A stretch of DNA of 55,335 nt from a virus (IMGVR_UViG_3300025782_000015:1-55335), one strand, 5' to 3'; shown: positions 27,866 to 39,600, counted from the stretch's first letter. Made by a program: numbers and translations. The notes: a model not told the origin generated them from the letters alone.

Positions 27866-28609
27866 TTACTCGTCGTCGAGCTCCTTATAGATTGATAATA
27901 CTTCTTTGACCACTGGGTGACGTTCAATGTCTTTAGTCTCAAACCTTACCATCGCAATCATACGATAATCACCTCCTTGGCCGTATAATTCGCAAAATTG
28001 TAGCAAGCCGTTCTCTCTAGGACGGTCCGCTTGAGCTAAGTCTCCAGTTACCACCATTCTGCTACCCTCGCCTAAACGAGTCAATAACATCTTCATCTGA
28101 CTAGGTGTAGCATTTTGCATTTCATCTGCAACGATAAAAGCGTTCTTAAATGTACGACCACGCATGTATGCAAGCGGTGATATTTCGATTACTCCTTCTT
28201 CTAGCATTTCTGCTATTTGTTTCGTGTGATAATACTCTTGAAAAACATCCATAATTGGCTTAGTCCAAGGTTCCATCTTCTGGTTTAGTGTACCAGGTAG
28301 AAATCCGTGTTCTTCGTCAACACTTACAGCTGGCCTTGTAATAACAATTTTATCAATCACCCCCTCTTTGAATAGTTTGATGGCCATTTGTACACCCAAC
28401 ATGGTTTTGCCCGTGCCCGCAGGCCCGATTGCAAAAGTAATGTATTTCTTGGGATTTTTTAGCAGTTCAATATACTTTTCCTGATTCAAAGACCTAGGAA
28501 TTATGTTTACCTGCTGATGCTTTTTAAAGTACTGCTTTAATTCGATTAAGTTATTTTGACTTTCGTCAGGGCGAGTGTTAGTTCGCTGTTTTTGCTTAAA
28601 TCTAGACAA
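27866..28609 (-). CDS. phoH: PhoH family ATPase
   Basis: GPAGTGKT, GFLPG, YMRGRTF, DEMQN, GD..Q.D, RH; SD GGAGG and TTG start. Confidence 0.95.
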   Translation of the reverse strand: MSRFKQKQRTNTRPDESQNNLIELKQYFKKHQQVNIIPRSLNQEKYIELLKNPKKYITFAIGPAGTGKTMLGVQMAIKLFKEGVIDKIVITRPAVSVDEEHGFLPGTLNQKMEPWTKPIMDVFQEYYHTKQIAEMLEEGVIEISPLAYMRGRTFKNAFIVADEMQNATPSQMKMLLTRLGEGSRMVVTGDLAQADRPRENGLLQFCELYGQGGDYRMIAMVRFETKDIERHPVVKEVLSIYKELDDE

Positions 28610-28723
28610 ATCTTACCTCCTGTGTAAGGACGACCTGCAACAATATTTACACCGATTCTTAAAAACAGTATTGAAACGGCTATTTTTAGAATCGCATAAA
28701 TATTATCATACAAGAGAACCCTT

Positions 28724-29296
28724 ATGCATGACATCGTCGATATAATCAAGAACATTGAAACTCTAACAGTAAATGACAGCTCATTTAAGATCCTTAAGGA
28801 TTTTGAACGTGTTATGGACGAGTTAGATATGTATGTTTACAAGAATTGGGAAGAAGGTGAACTATTGGCAGGTCCTATAGTTAGCCGTTATCATGTTGAA
28901 TGTAAATTCATGTGGCCCTATGAAGAAATGCCAGACCCAGTCGGCGGAGAACGCCTACTAGATTATGGATGCAAGATAACCTATGCTAAGGAAAAGATTC
29001 TAGTACCACGCAAGGTACGCAAGCCAGACGATTTCCGTCCTGGAACAAAGAAAGGCAAAATTGATGCGCACCCAATTTGGGTAGTTAGCATTAGTATGCC
29101 TAAAAAATTAATGCAAGACATATTCCAAGGATATGAACGCAATCTACATGATCAGATGGCTGATCATATGATGCCAACTGAGGATACAGGTTTATCAGCA
29201 GGCAATGCCGCTCAAGGTATGCCTAACCCGGCACCAGCAGAAGCAGATATGCCAGACGCAACAGCAGGAGCAGGAAATGCACCACCAGCCGCTTAA
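28724..29296 (+). CDS. late-expressed hypothetical protein
   Basis: TAAATA 28697-28702; 190-aa ORF. Confidence 0.7.
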   Translation: MHDIVDIIKNIETLTVNDSSFKILKDFERVMDELDMYVYKNWEEGELLAGPIVSRYHVECKFMWPYEEMPDPVGGERLLDYGCKITYAKEKILVPRKVRKPDDFRPGTKKGKIDAHPIWVVSISMPKKLMQDIFQGYERNLHDQMADHMMPTEDTGLSAGNAAQGMPNPAPAEADMPDATAGAGNAPPAA

Positions 29297-30038
29297 TGAA
29301 GGACTTCGCAGAGGCGATTTAAAGGATTCAATCGATCCAGTGTTTACTGTTGATCAGTTCAAGAGTAAAATGGGTGCGGATCAGGACATCATCGTTATGC
29401 GTTTCCGTTGTGCTGAAAAAATGCCAGCTACTGACTTGATGGAATTTATTGAGAAAGGTTATGCCTACGTACTAGATGCAGATATTAGCCAGGGTGAAGA
29501 AAAGGATGGCAAATATAGTGTATTTGTCGAACTAGAACGCACACAACATGCGGCTGGACAGATGAAAGAAATCTTAGAAGGCATTGGCCAGTTATGTGAT
29601 AACACCAATTGGAAGTTTCGCTATCATAGAGACTATCATAGCATAGATTTTAGCGAAGACGCTATCACCGAATCTGTTCCATTAACTCCCGAAGATTATC
29701 AAGTTCGTTTAACTGAGATACAAAGTCCAGATGTAAATGCAGAAGTTAACGAATTCTTTGATCAGGGAGCATTGGATAATGTCAGCGTTGATGAAAATAA
29801 CACTATTACATTTGACAAAGCCTACACAGGATCTATAACAGCACAGTTAGAAGAAATCGGCGATTACAATTCTTTAAAAGAAAGTCTGCAGGGCGGTATA
29901 GCATTAGATGATCAAAGTCGTAGCCAAACTGTATGGTTAAACAAATACTTAGGCAATTATGATATCAATAAAATTGCAGACAAATTCCTAATCAGAAAAG
30001 GTAACAAAGCAGTTATTCTATCAAAAGGATCTTGGTAA
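29277..30038 (+). CDS. hypothetical protein (possible prohead-processed; LNEG near N-terminus)
   Basis: Likely start ATG 29277 after AGGAG. Confidence 0.65.
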   Translation: MHHQPLNEGLRRGDLKDSIDPVFTVDQFKSKMGADQDIIVMRFRCAEKMPATDLMEFIEKGYAYVLDADISQGEEKDGKYSVFVELERTQHAAGQMKEILEGIGQLCDNTNWKFRYHRDYHSIDFSEDAITESVPLTPEDYQVRLTEIQSPDVNAEVNEFFDQGALDNVSVDENNTITFDKAYTGSITAQLEEIGDYNSLKESLQGGIALDDQSRSQTVWLNKYLGNYDINKIADKFLIRKGNKAVILSKGSW

Positions 30039-30514
30039 TGTGGTTTCTAAATTTTATTCCAGACGGCTGGTTACAAATTGTTGTCCATGCTACTGTAGCA
30101 TTAGGTATTGCACTATGGCTTATTAGTAAATTAGCTCGTCATATTCCCACGATGGGCGAATATTCGATAGCATTAAAAGTCGTAGGTACAGTTCTTTTCA
30201 TAGTTGGAATATATTTCGAAGGCGGTTACACAACAGATATGAGTTGGCGAGCTAAAGAATCAGCGTTGAAAGAACAGATTGCTATTCTAGAACAAAAAAG
30301 CGATAACGCAAATACAAAAATACAATATAAAGTAGTTACACAGATTAAAACAATTCACGATACCAAAATTGTAGTTCACGAAAAAATAAAAGAAGTATCA
30401 ACTAAAATTGATGCAGACTGCAAAGTAGATCCAGAAGCTATTCAGATCTTAAATCAGGCTTCTCAGAATCCAAATGCGCAGGTTGTAGTTACTGGGATAA
30501 AGGCTAACAAATGA
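30038..30514 (+). CDS. putative inner-membrane spanin (Rz-like)
   Basis: N-terminal TM helices, coiled coil, single Cys; directly upstream of a lipoprotein. Confidence 0.65.
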   Translation: MWFLNFIPDGWLQIVVHATVALGIALWLISKLARHIPTMGEYSIALKVVGTVLFIVGIYFEGGYTTDMSWRAKESALKEQIAILEQKSDNANTKIQYKVVTQIKTIHDTKIVVHEKIKEVSTKIDADCKVDPEAIQILNQASQNPNAQVVVTGIKANK

Positions 30515-30783
30515 AAAAAATATTAGTTCTATTATCGTTCGTGTTACTAGCAGGCTGTAACAGTCTGGCTCCGCTTACACAGAAGACATTTCCTAATGTG
30601 CCAGATGAGCTTAAAGTTGCATGTCCAGATCTAGGACAAATCAATCCAGACACTACAAAATTAAGTGAAGTAATTGGAGTTGTAACAGACAATTATAGTC
30701 AATATCACGAATGTCGAGTCAAAGTCGATGCGTGGATTGAATGGTATAACAATCAAGCTACGCTTTACAACAGCGTAAAATAA
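30511..30783 (+). CDS. putative outer-membrane spanin lipoprotein (Rz1-like)
   Basis: Lipobox LLAGC; FP.VP..L...CP; NY..Y..C. Confidence 0.75.
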   Translation: MKKILVLLSFVLLAGCNSLAPLTQKTFPNVPDELKVACPDLGQINPDTTKLSEVIGVVTDNYSQYHECRVKVDAWIEWYNNQATLYNSVK

Positions 30784-30802
30784 CACTATTAAAGGAGCGA
30801 AA

Positions 30803-31426
30803 ATGGCAGGAAAAAACGATAATTGGATGCAGACCTTATGGCGTCCGATGATGGGTTGGATGTATATGCTAATCTGTTTACTAGATATGGCTGTATTCCC
30901 AGTTCTATGGGCATTATGGCAAGGTTACAATCATGTACCTATTACACAATGGAATCCTTTAACACTACAAGGTGCTGGTTTATTCCACATCGCGATGGGT
31001 GCTGTATTAGGTATTAGTGCGTTTGGTCGTACACAAGAAAAATTAGCAGGCACAGCGGCTAACCCAACTGCAACAGAAAGCATTAGCGTCAATACACAAA
31101 ACATGACTGGTAACGTTGCTGGCGGTTTTGGTAGCAACCAAGGTGGTATGGGAGGCGGCATGGGCGGGGGCTTCGGTGGAAGCTCAAGCGGTTTTGGAGG
31201 AGCATCAAGTGGCGGATTCGGTTCATCATCAAGCGGGGCTTCAGCATTTGGCGCACCTGCGTCAGGAGGATTCGGTTCCTCAACCGGTGGTTTTGGTTCA
31301 ACAACACCATCTACAAGCGGCTTTGGAAGCACACCTAGTGCAACTCCAGCGGCAGGCGCATTTCCAACACCACCAGCACCAGGCGGTGGATCCAAAATAG
31401 CACCACCAGCATTTCCTCCAATCTAA
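30803..31426 (+). CDS. GTA-type holin-like protein with FG-repeat low-complexity tail
   Basis: WRPMMGW and hydrophobic helices, G...R..EK; G/S/F-rich C-terminus. Confidence 0.65.
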   Translation: MAGKNDNWMQTLWRPMMGWMYMLICLLDMAVFPVLWALWQGYNHVPITQWNPLTLQGAGLFHIAMGAVLGISAFGRTQEKLAGTAANPTATESISVNTQNMTGNVAGGFGSNQGGMGGGMGGGFGGSSSGFGGASSGGFGSSSSGASAFGAPASGGFGSSTGGFGSTTPSTSGFGSTPSATPAAGAFPTPPAPGGGSKIAPPAFPPI

Positions 31427-31436
31427 TAATCAAAGA

Positions 31437-31487
31437 TTGACACCCGTAGGCAACATGTAGTATAATTACTATATTACAGTTGCCTAT
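31437..31487 (+). promoter_or_regulatory. sigma70 promoter buried in a ~17-bp inverted repeat upstream of dnaJ
   Basis: TTGACA-N18-TATAAT; TAGGCAAC-a-TGTAGTATA / TATATTACA-GTTGCCTA. Confidence 0.7.
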
Positions 31488-31494
31488 TATTACG

Positions 31495-32316
31495 ATGGAC
31501 TATTACAAAACACTAGGCGTCCAAAGGGGCGCAACAGATTCAGAAATCAAAAAGGCTTATCGCAGTCTAGCGATGAAGCACCACCCTGACCGCGGTGGCG
31601 ATCCGAAAGTTTTCCAGGATATACAAGCCGCATACGATACACTAAGCGATCCGGGAAAGCGACAAGAGTACGATAATCCACAACCACAAATGCACGGCGA
31701 TCCGTTCGCAGGGGGAGGAGTTCCTCCGGGGTTCGAAGACGTATTTAGGTTCTTCGGAGGTGGTGGGGATTTTGGACCGTTCTTTAGAGCCAGCAGGCCC
31801 CAGAATAGAAGCGTACAACTACAGGCTTCTGTTACGCTCGAAGATGCGTTCCACGGTAAAGAACTAGTAGTCAATGTACGTTTGCCTAGCGGACGTGAAC
31901 AAATGATCAACGTTAAAATCCCCGCTGGCGTACATGACGGTGTTAATTTACGCCTAGCAGGAATGGGAGATGACAGTATGCAACATGCTCCCAGAGGAGA
32001 TGTTATCGTACATATAACTATAATTCCGCACACTAAGTTTACACGTCAGGGCGATGATCTTGTACAAGAAGTAACCATCGATGCCATTGAAGCTATGCTA
32101 GGCAAGGATATTACTATCGATACTATAGATGGAAAACAGTTTACAGGTAATATTCCAGCTGGAACACAGCCTGATTCGATTTTAGGCATCGGCGGTTTGG
32201 GCATGCCTAATATGAATAATACACGTGCTCGCGGACGTATGCTACTTAAAATTAAAGTAGAAGTTCCTGTCCTGAGTCCAAAACAACAAGAGATATTAAA
32301 ATCAATATGGATATAA
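31495..32316 (+). CDS. dnaJ: DnaJ-class (type II, CbpA-like) co-chaperone
   Basis: DYY..LGV, HPD, G/F-rich region, C-terminal domain; no Zn finger. Confidence 0.92.
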   Translation: MDYYKTLGVQRGATDSEIKKAYRSLAMKHHPDRGGDPKVFQDIQAAYDTLSDPGKRQEYDNPQPQMHGDPFAGGGVPPGFEDVFRFFGGGGDFGPFFRASRPQNRSVQLQASVTLEDAFHGKELVVNVRLPSGREQMINVKIPAGVHDGVNLRLAGMGDDSMQHAPRGDVIVHITIIPHTKFTRQGDDLVQEVTIDAIEAMLGKDITIDTIDGKQFTGNIPAGTQPDSILGIGGLGMPNMNNTRARGRMLLKIKVEVPVLSPKQQEILKSIWI

Positions 32317-32801
32317 TTAAATTTCCAGACACTATACTGCGAGAGCAGATGCCTGATTTCGACTTTGCCAATCCCCAACAAGACCCTGTACAATTAGAAC
32401 AAGAGATGTTACAATTTATGTATGCTAGAGATGGCATAGGGTTAGCGGCTAATCAAGTTGGGATACGTGCTAGGGTGTTTGTAATGGGACACAAAGACAA
32501 TCCAGACGAAGGTATGGCTTTCTTTAATCCTGTAGTACTAGCGAATACAGAGGAAATAGACGACCTAGAAGAAGGCTGTTTGAGTTTTCCAGGTATTTTT
32601 GTTAATATTAAAAGACCCAAAGCAATAAAAGCTCGTTGGCAAAATTCTAAAGGTGAATTTGTAGAAGGCGAGTTTAGAGGTTATGAATGTAAATGTTTTC
32701 TGCACGAATTAGACCATTTAGAGGGTGTTGTTTTTAAAGATAGAGTAAGTACTTTAAAGTGGGCAATGAGTGTTAAGAAATCCAAAAAGGAAAGGAAATG
32801 A
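32307..32801 (+). CDS. def: peptide deformylase
   Basis: GIGLAANQ, EGCLS, HELDH. Confidence 0.96.
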   Translation: MDIIKFPDTILREQMPDFDFANPQQDPVQLEQEMLQFMYARDGIGLAANQVGIRARVFVMGHKDNPDEGMAFFNPVVLANTEEIDDLEEGCLSFPGIFVNIKRPKAIKARWQNSKGEFVEGEFRGYECKCFLHELDHLEGVVFKDRVSTLKWAMSVKKSKKERK

Positions 32802-35083
32802 TGTTGGAACCAAGTCAAGACTTAGAAAAAATCTTCGAAAGAAGTGTTAAAATCGCGGCCAATCACAACCACGAGTATATAACCATTGAGCATTTCCTTT
32901 ACAGCGTCCTATTGGACGATAAAATTGAAAAAATGCTTACAGACTTTGGAACAGAAGTCGATGAGCTAAAAGCCAATGTTGTAAAATTCATAGATGAAGA
33001 ATTGAAAGACATTGCAGTTCCAGAACTCAAACATAAACCAAAGAAAACTAACTCAATGGAACGTATGCTTAATCGTGCGTTCACGCAGGTATTGTTTAAT
33101 GCTCGCACAGTTATTGAACCTTTAGATTGTTTGTTGGCCATATTCCAAGAAAAGAAAAGTCATGCGGCGTTTTTCTTAAAGCAGGCCAAGATCGATAAAG
33201 AAAAGTTTGTTGAGTTTATTAACAACGAGGCATTGTTGACTGAAGAAGATAGCACACCTGCAGATGCAAAAGCCGCTCACTTAGAGCGTGTATTAGTTCA
33301 ATTCTGTACCAATCTCAATAACAAAGTCAAACAAAAGAAAATCGATCCTGTTATCGGACGTGAATCCGAACTAGAAGAAATTCAATTGGTGCTTGCTCGC
33401 CGTACAAAAGCTAACGTAATGTTGATTGGTGATCCAGGTGTTGGTAAGACAGCGATCGCCGAAGGACTTGCACGTAATATTGTAGAAGGCAAAGTACCTA
33501 AATTTATTGCAGAATCTACTGTTTATAATCTAGATATTAGTGCTATGCTTGCTGGTAGCAAATATCGCGGTGACTTTGAAGAACGATTAAAAATGGTTCT
33601 TACTGCTTTAGAAAAGAAAAAGAATTCTATTCTGTTCATCGACGAAGCTCATATGATGAGTGGTGCCGGTGCAGTTAGTGGCGGTGCTAATGACATGAGC
33701 AATATGCTTAAACCCGCACTACAGCGTGGTACATTAAAAGTCATTGCGTCAACTACCTGGGAAGAATTCCGTAAGCACTTCGAAAAGGATCGTGCGTTAA
33801 TGCGCCGTTTCCAACGTGTTACAGTTGATGAGCCTTCAGAAGCAGTAGCTATCAAGATTATGAAGGGTCTTAAAAAGTATTACGAAAAACACCACGGTGT
33901 TAAGATCACTAACCAAGCTATCATCGATTCAGTTAAGTATTCTACAAAATATATTACTGATCGTAAACTGCCAGACAAAGCGATTGACTTAATTGATTGT
34001 GCATCAGCACGTTTTAAAGTCAGAGACGAAGAAGGTGGAGTTGTCGATCATGACGAAATCATGTTTGAAGTAGCTAAGATCGCCAACTTGCCAGTAGAAC
34101 AAGTGGCCGCAAAAGAAAACAAGAATCTAAAAGATCTCGATAAAAACATGCGAACCAAAGTATACGGTCAGGACAAAGCTATAGATATTCTATTAGATAA
34201 GATCTTTATAGCACAAGCAGGACTTAAAGCTATCAATAAACCAGTAGGTAGTTTCTTATTCGTAGGTCCAACAGGTTGTGGCAAGACTGAAACAGCCAAG
34301 GCCCTTGCATCTAGCCTAAGCGTAGAACTTATACGTTTTGATATGAGTGAATTCCAAGAGAAGCACTCTGTTGCCAAGTTTATCGGTGCTCCTCCGGGAT
34401 ATGTTGGGTTTGACGACAATGCAGGTCAGCTTATTACCAAGTTGCAAGAACATCCAAATGGTGTTTTATTGCTAGACGAGGTTGAAAAAGCACACCCTGA
34501 TGTTCTTACAGTACTGCTACAGTTAATGGATAACGGATTTGTTACAGGATCTAATGGTAAGAAAGCAGATGCACGTCAAGCTATCTTGATCATGACCAGT
34601 AACTTAGGGGCTAGCGATGCAGAAAAGAACGCTGTAGGATTTGGTGCATTAGAAAAGGATGGAGATCCTAAAGATGCAATTAACAGTTTCTTTGCTCCTG
34701 AGTTCCGCAATCGTTTAGATGGTATTATTAAATTTGGTAAACTTGAACATATTACTATGGTACGTATTATTAAGAAGTTTGTTGACGAACTTAATGCGTT
34801 ACTTAAAGATAAGAACGTGCATGTTAGACCCGATACAGATGCTGTTGAATGGTTGGTTAAGAAAGGATTTGATCGCAAGATGGGGGCCAGACCCTTACAG
34901 CGTATCATCGATGATTCTATTAAGAAGCCATTAAGTAAAGAAATACTGTTTGGTCGATTAGTAAATGGCGGAGTCGTAGAACTAACAATCAAAGATAATG
35001 CTATTGATTTTAACTATATCGACATACTACCAGTAACTCCTACTGTAGAAAATGACACAGAAAATCAAACTGAAGCCAACTGA
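32798..35083 (+). CDS. clpA: ATP-dependent Clp protease ATPase subunit ClpA
   Basis: Clp N domain, two AAA modules ([16 protein letters not shown]), KYRG and GYVG pore loops, VGF ClpP-docking loop, no M domain. Confidence 0.93.
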   Translation: MMLEPSQDLEKIFERSVKIAANHNHEYITIEHFLYSVLLDDKIEKMLTDFGTEVDELKANVVKFIDEELKDIAVPELKHKPKKTNSMERMLNRAFTQVLFNARTVIEPLDCLLAIFQEKKSHAAFFLKQAKIDKEKFVEFINNEALLTEEDSTPADAKAAHLERVLVQFCTNLNNKVKQKKIDPVIGRESELEEIQLVLARRTKANVMLIGDPGVGKTAIAEGLARNIVEGKVPKFIAESTVYNLDISAMLAGSKYRGDFEERLKMVLTALEKKKNSILFIDEAHMMSGAGAVSGGANDMSNMLKPALQRGTLKVIASTTWEEFRKHFEKDRALMRRFQRVTVDEPSEAVAIKIMKGLKKYYEKHHGVKITNQAIIDSVKYSTKYITDRKLPDKAIDLIDCASARFKVRDEEGGVVDHDEIMFEVAKIANLPVEQVAAKENKNLKDLDKNMRTKVYGQDKAIDILLDKIFIAQAGLKAINKPVGSFLFVGPTGCGKTETAKALASSLSVELIRFDMSEFQEKHSVAKFIGAPPGYVGFDDNAGQLITKLQEHPNGVLLLDEVEKAHPDVLTVLLQLMDNGFVTGSNGKKADARQAILIMTSNLGASDAEKNAVGFGALEKDGDPKDAINSFFAPEFRNRLDGIIKFGKLEHITMVRIIKKFVDELNALLKDKNVHVRPDTDAVEWLVKKGFDRKMGARPLQRIIDDSIKKPLSKEILFGRLVNGGVVELTIKDNAIDFNYIDILPVTPTVENDTENQTEAN

Positions 35084-35741
35084 TCGGCTGTATCATAACA
35101 AATACCCCTACAAAATTGACTTCAATCTAGTAGGGGCATCATTAATAAGAAACAAAGGATTAGACTGGGCTAAAGAATTTACTGAAAATCAAAGTATTAA
35201 GTTACCTTTTTGGTTACAAAATAATGATAAAGTAGATCGACCTGCGCTTAAACTGTTCCTTAATGTTATGGAACCATACTTGTTAAAGGCAGAAGCGTTT
35301 CAAACTCGTACAGAAGGTGATTTTTTTACATATTATTCTAAAGATCTTACTGAAATTGAAACATTGGCCAATGAACTTGTATGGTGCTGTACAGATGCAT
35401 GGGGTCCACAGGATTCAGCAGAATTAGACTTTTTAATAGATAACAAGCGCAAACGCCTGTGTGACAACATCCCGTATAACAAGTACAAATTTAAGGTTAT
35501 CTTAAAATCTAATATCCCTATTACTACTAGAGAACAGTTTCTAGACTGGGCTGATAACTATACAGAAGATGATATTAAAATCAGCAAAGGTACTAGCAGA
35601 TGGTTATCTAGTCAGCGTAACTACTGTCAGTTGCCGTTTTTCTACATTGCAGATAGCAAAATGCTGACTTTTACTAGTATTTTCCTGTCAAATAGCATAA
35701 GTGTCATACACGAATACATTCCTCGACATACTGTTATTTGA
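35052..35741 (+). CDS. hypothetical protein
   Basis: 229-aa ORF overlapping clpA end. Confidence 0.7.
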   Translation: MTQKIKLKPTDRLYHNKYPYKIDFNLVGASLIRNKGLDWAKEFTENQSIKLPFWLQNNDKVDRPALKLFLNVMEPYLLKAEAFQTRTEGDFFTYYSKDLTEIETLANELVWCCTDAWGPQDSAELDFLIDNKRKRLCDNIPYNKYKFKVILKSNIPITTREQFLDWADNYTEDDIKISKGTSRWLSSQRNYCQLPFFYIADSKMLTFTSIFLSNSISVIHEYIPRHTVI

Positions 35742-35767
35742 ATAAATAACGGGTCAGAGGAATCTTT

Positions 35768-36226
35768 ATGCCTGCTATAAGTAAATCACTTCAATTTGAT
35801 CTAACCACACTTGGTGTTACAACACAGACCCAAGTGTCTATCACAATGCCCCAAATCTATCAGGGCAAACCTACGTTTAACCAAACGTTGACATTTACTA
35901 GTAATCCCGAACCAGGGGCGGGCTATTATGGAATTCCTGCAGGGTTGCATACTGTAACCTACACAATCGGTGGTGCTTTCCAAGGTGAATGTACTATACA
36001 GGCTACATTAGCAACTAGCCCCACAGATGGGGATTGGTTTGATGTTTATCAAACATCGGTATCATTTGATGGTACAGAAACAACCGGATCAACTGGGTTA
36101 GGAAGTACTAGTCGTACTGTGCCTACTGCTACACGATATGTAACATTCGTGGGTAATTTTACCTACGTTAGAGGCAAAGTCGACATCAATCAAGGTACTA
36201 TGCTCGGAATAAGGTATAATTTTTAA
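35768..36226 (+). CDS. putative virion beta-sandwich protein
   Basis: TAAATA 35743-35748; T/G-rich beta pattern. Confidence 0.6.
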   Translation: MPAISKSLQFDLTTLGVTTQTQVSITMPQIYQGKPTFNQTLTFTSNPEPGAGYYGIPAGLHTVTYTIGGAFQGECTIQATLATSPTDGDWFDVYQTSVSFDGTETTGSTGLGSTSRTVPTATRYVTFVGNFTYVRGKVDINQGTMLGIRYNF

Positions 36227-36227
36227 T

Positions 36228-36614
36228 ATGAAACTCTACGAATTTTTTGGTCATCAGAATTTAGACTTTTACAAAGGTAGCGATGTAGAAGAAGAAAAGA
36301 ACGAAAAGAAAAAAGAACACAATACTCACATGATCGACGATTTGTTTTGGTTCATAGTCGACCACGATAAACTACACAAAGAACATTTCTTTAAAAAAGC
36401 AGACCATATAAAGGAAAAGTTTGGAAAAGATGAAGGACACGATCCTAAGATTTGGGAAGAAATGGTTAAACAAGGTTGTGTAGAGTTTTTCCATCATCAC
36501 AAGATGAAGGGCGATATCAAAGAGCTATTCGACAAAGAAATGCGAGATGAACTATGCCAACGTCTAGTCGATCATTATCATAAAGATATAGTCGACAACA
36601 ATTATAAGTTGTAA
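36228..36614 (+). CDS. hypothetical protein with capsid-targeting-like N-terminus
   Basis: MKLYEFF start; H/K/E-rich. Confidence 0.65.
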   Translation: MKLYEFFGHQNLDFYKGSDVEEEKNEKKKEHNTHMIDDLFWFIVDHDKLHKEHFFKKADHIKEKFGKDEGHDPKIWEEMVKQGCVEFFHHHKMKGDIKELFDKEMRDELCQRLVDHYHKDIVDNNYKL

Positions 36615-36623
36615 GGATAGTCG

Positions 36624-39600
36624 ATGTTTCTAAACGAAATATTCAAACGCAAACTCACAGAAGGTGGTAACTTATCTAGCCACGACATTACAGGAAAGCC
36701 TACTGTTGGTTATACACAAGGTGTTCCCGGCACTCACGTTGCAGAAAAAATAGATGCAAAAAATCGTTCAGCAATGGTGCCTGTAGTTAAACAACTATTG
36801 GTTGACATTAACAATACATTTGCCAGACAATATGGTAGACACATTTGGAGCCCCGAGCTAATAGAAAAAGAAGTACACACATTTATTAGCGGTAGCAGTA
36901 AATGGTTCATGTTCTTGCGTCAACCAAATCCATCTTTTGATCCACGCCAACCAGAATCAGAAAATAATCCAAAAGAAATTGGCATCACAGATGAACAATT
37001 CAGACGTGTTAAAAAGAAAGTAGGCGATATTGATACTCAAATAGATCGCAGACTAGAACCACAACTAACTGAATTCATACAGAAGAACAATGGCAAGAAT
37101 ATAGGAAGTGCTACACTAATAGGATACAAAAAAGGATCTGACCAATGGCTAGCACATTGGAGAATACATGAGCCTCCTATTACTCTACAAGTTGATTTAG
37201 AATTCAGTGACTATACTACAGATGCTAGAGGTTTTGAAATTCCCACAGAATGGGCGCAAGTTAGCCACGGTAGTCAAATAGAAGATCTAGAAAATGAAAT
37301 TAAAGGTGTGTTCAGACAATGGTTATATCGTTCTTTAGCAAAGGTTCCTCCATCGACTAAAGAAAAGGATGATGGAACTACTAACACACAGGAAAAATAT
37401 ATTGCCAAGGTAACAGGAGCAGGAAAAAATAAAGCCATGCGAGTGTTCGGCGGCGATGACGGTAAAGAACAAGTTACAGATTTTGATAATCCTCCTCCGC
37501 CATACCATGATGCTAATTTTAGTTTTGCGGTAGCAAGCGTAGGTGGTGGTGGCGTTCGTGCAAAATATCGCGAACCTAACGAAGATGAAAATGTCCCTAA
37601 AGAGATTAATGGTGTACCTGTTTTAGTTCCTCTAAAGCCAGACGAAAGCGAATATATTAAAGACATGAGTCAGCAGTTCGAACAGTTCTTTGGAGTTCTT
37701 CCAACTGGCAACGAACAAAGAATGATGCATAGTCTAGTTGGTACTGTGTCTCTAATGCAAGATCACATGGATGAAGCACAGCATCAAGTTGCTGTTAAAG
37801 AGTTTATTAATCTATGCTTTGGCAAGGCCGCACAAATGATCGAAGCAGACGATCCTACTTCTGATTTTAAAATTAAAATCATTGCCATTGATTATCTATT
37901 AGATAACTTAGGCATGAAGCAAATGCGTCCTCAGGTCTTAGAAATGGCCAAACAGTATGAGCAAGCATATCACGCCAAGAAGGGCGGCGATCAATTAAAT
38001 GAAGCAGAAGAACCAGCAGTTAAAGCACAGTTACGCAAAGGTATGCCACATCTGCATGATCTTAAATCAGCAGACTTCTTAGATCTTTTAGACGAGATAC
38101 ATGATGGCAATGGCAATTTTAAACTACAGAACATTCCTTTAAACGTCAAGGTAGACGGCTTTGGTGGTCGTTTTGGTAAGAATGCCGAAGGCAAGCCTTT
38201 CATGGGTACCAGTCGTACTGAGCCAAGATATGAACCAGGATTCGTAGCGTATCATGAAAAGAAAGGTACAACTGATCCGGAGATATTAGGTCGCGCTAAA
38301 ACTTTTGATGATCTGTTTGAAGAAATGATGAAGGCTATCAAATTAGTCGATAGTAAATTAGGTCCTGACTTTTTAGTTGACAAACAGGTTACATGCGAAG
38401 TACTATTCCTGCCATTTGCTACAGAAACTCCAGAAGGCAAATTAAAGTTTGTAGGCATACACTACGACAAATTACCTAAGGGTGTACAGTTAGCCCTAGT
38501 ACCATTCCATATTGTACAGGCCAAGACAGGCGAACCCCTACCAGATGGCGACAAGTATATTGACAAATTGTTAAGTGTAGGACAATCTGGTAGCGTCATG
38601 TTTATTAATAACAGGCTTACACAAAATGAAGCACTGGATGTAACCGCATTAGTTCCTCCGCTAGAAAACATAGAACAAATGAAGGCTATGCTAGCCAGCA
38701 AGAAACGTGACCAGGCCGCTGAGGTTAAAGCCGCACTTGAACCAGTTAAAATAGCATTAGAAAAAGCAATCATCGAAGATCCTAATATTGTTGGCAAAGA
38801 AATGTTAGGTAAGGACTACGAAGGTATTGTCATCAATAGTCGACTAGGTCCTATCAAAGTAACTAGCCAAGAGCAACGCGATGTTATCTCGGCTAAAAAT
38901 GCGGCCAAGGCATCGGCTAGAACAGAACGTCCAAGAGGCGAAAATAAGACAGCAGTTGTTGCCATCGGATCATTTGTCGGACATATAGGTCACGAACAAC
39001 TATTCGATTACACAATAAAGAAAGCACAACAAGTAGGTGGTGATCCTTATTTGTTTATCGGCAATGCAGAGGGTAAGAAGGATCCTATTCCTGTAGCCGA
39101 CAAAGTTAAAACTTGGCATATGATGTATCCGCAATATGCTAATAACATTAGTACTGTTACTCACGAAGGTGGTACACTATTACAAAAGATTAAACACGAA
39201 CTAATCAACCCACTGCCTGGTAAACCTCCACGTTATGATAATATCATTATCATGGTAGGCGAAGATCAAGCAGGGCTTACTATGCCGCAGGCCTTAATGA
39301 AGGCTGTGAATAAGTTCCCAGGTTACGAACATGTTAAAGTACATTTAGAAGTTACGCCCCGCGGAACTGGTATGAGCTTTACAAAATTGCGCGACATCCT
39401 AAAGGATCCAAACGCAACTCCAGAACAACAATTAAAAGTTTGGTGCCAGGGATTTGATGTTAAAAAGTTAGGTGTTAAATGGATCGCACATCTAATGGCA
39501 TTAACAAAACATGGTATGGGCATAGCAGACAAACAACCAGAACCGGTAGGAGAACGTATGTTACCTAAAAAGGCATTTGCAGGATCAAATAAAAATAAAC

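Noticed and set aside
28610-28723. Pho box upstream of phoH
   Set aside because: No CTGTCAT-type 11-bp direct repeat; only divergent TAAATA motifs.
31447-31486. CIRCE element before dnaJ
   Set aside because: Does not match TTAGCACTC-N9-GAGTGCTAA.
30931-34992. Long antisense ORFs (e.g. 30931..31395, 31557..32033, 34576..34992)
   Set aside because: Shadows of well-supported + strand genes, with no RBS or recognisable motifs.
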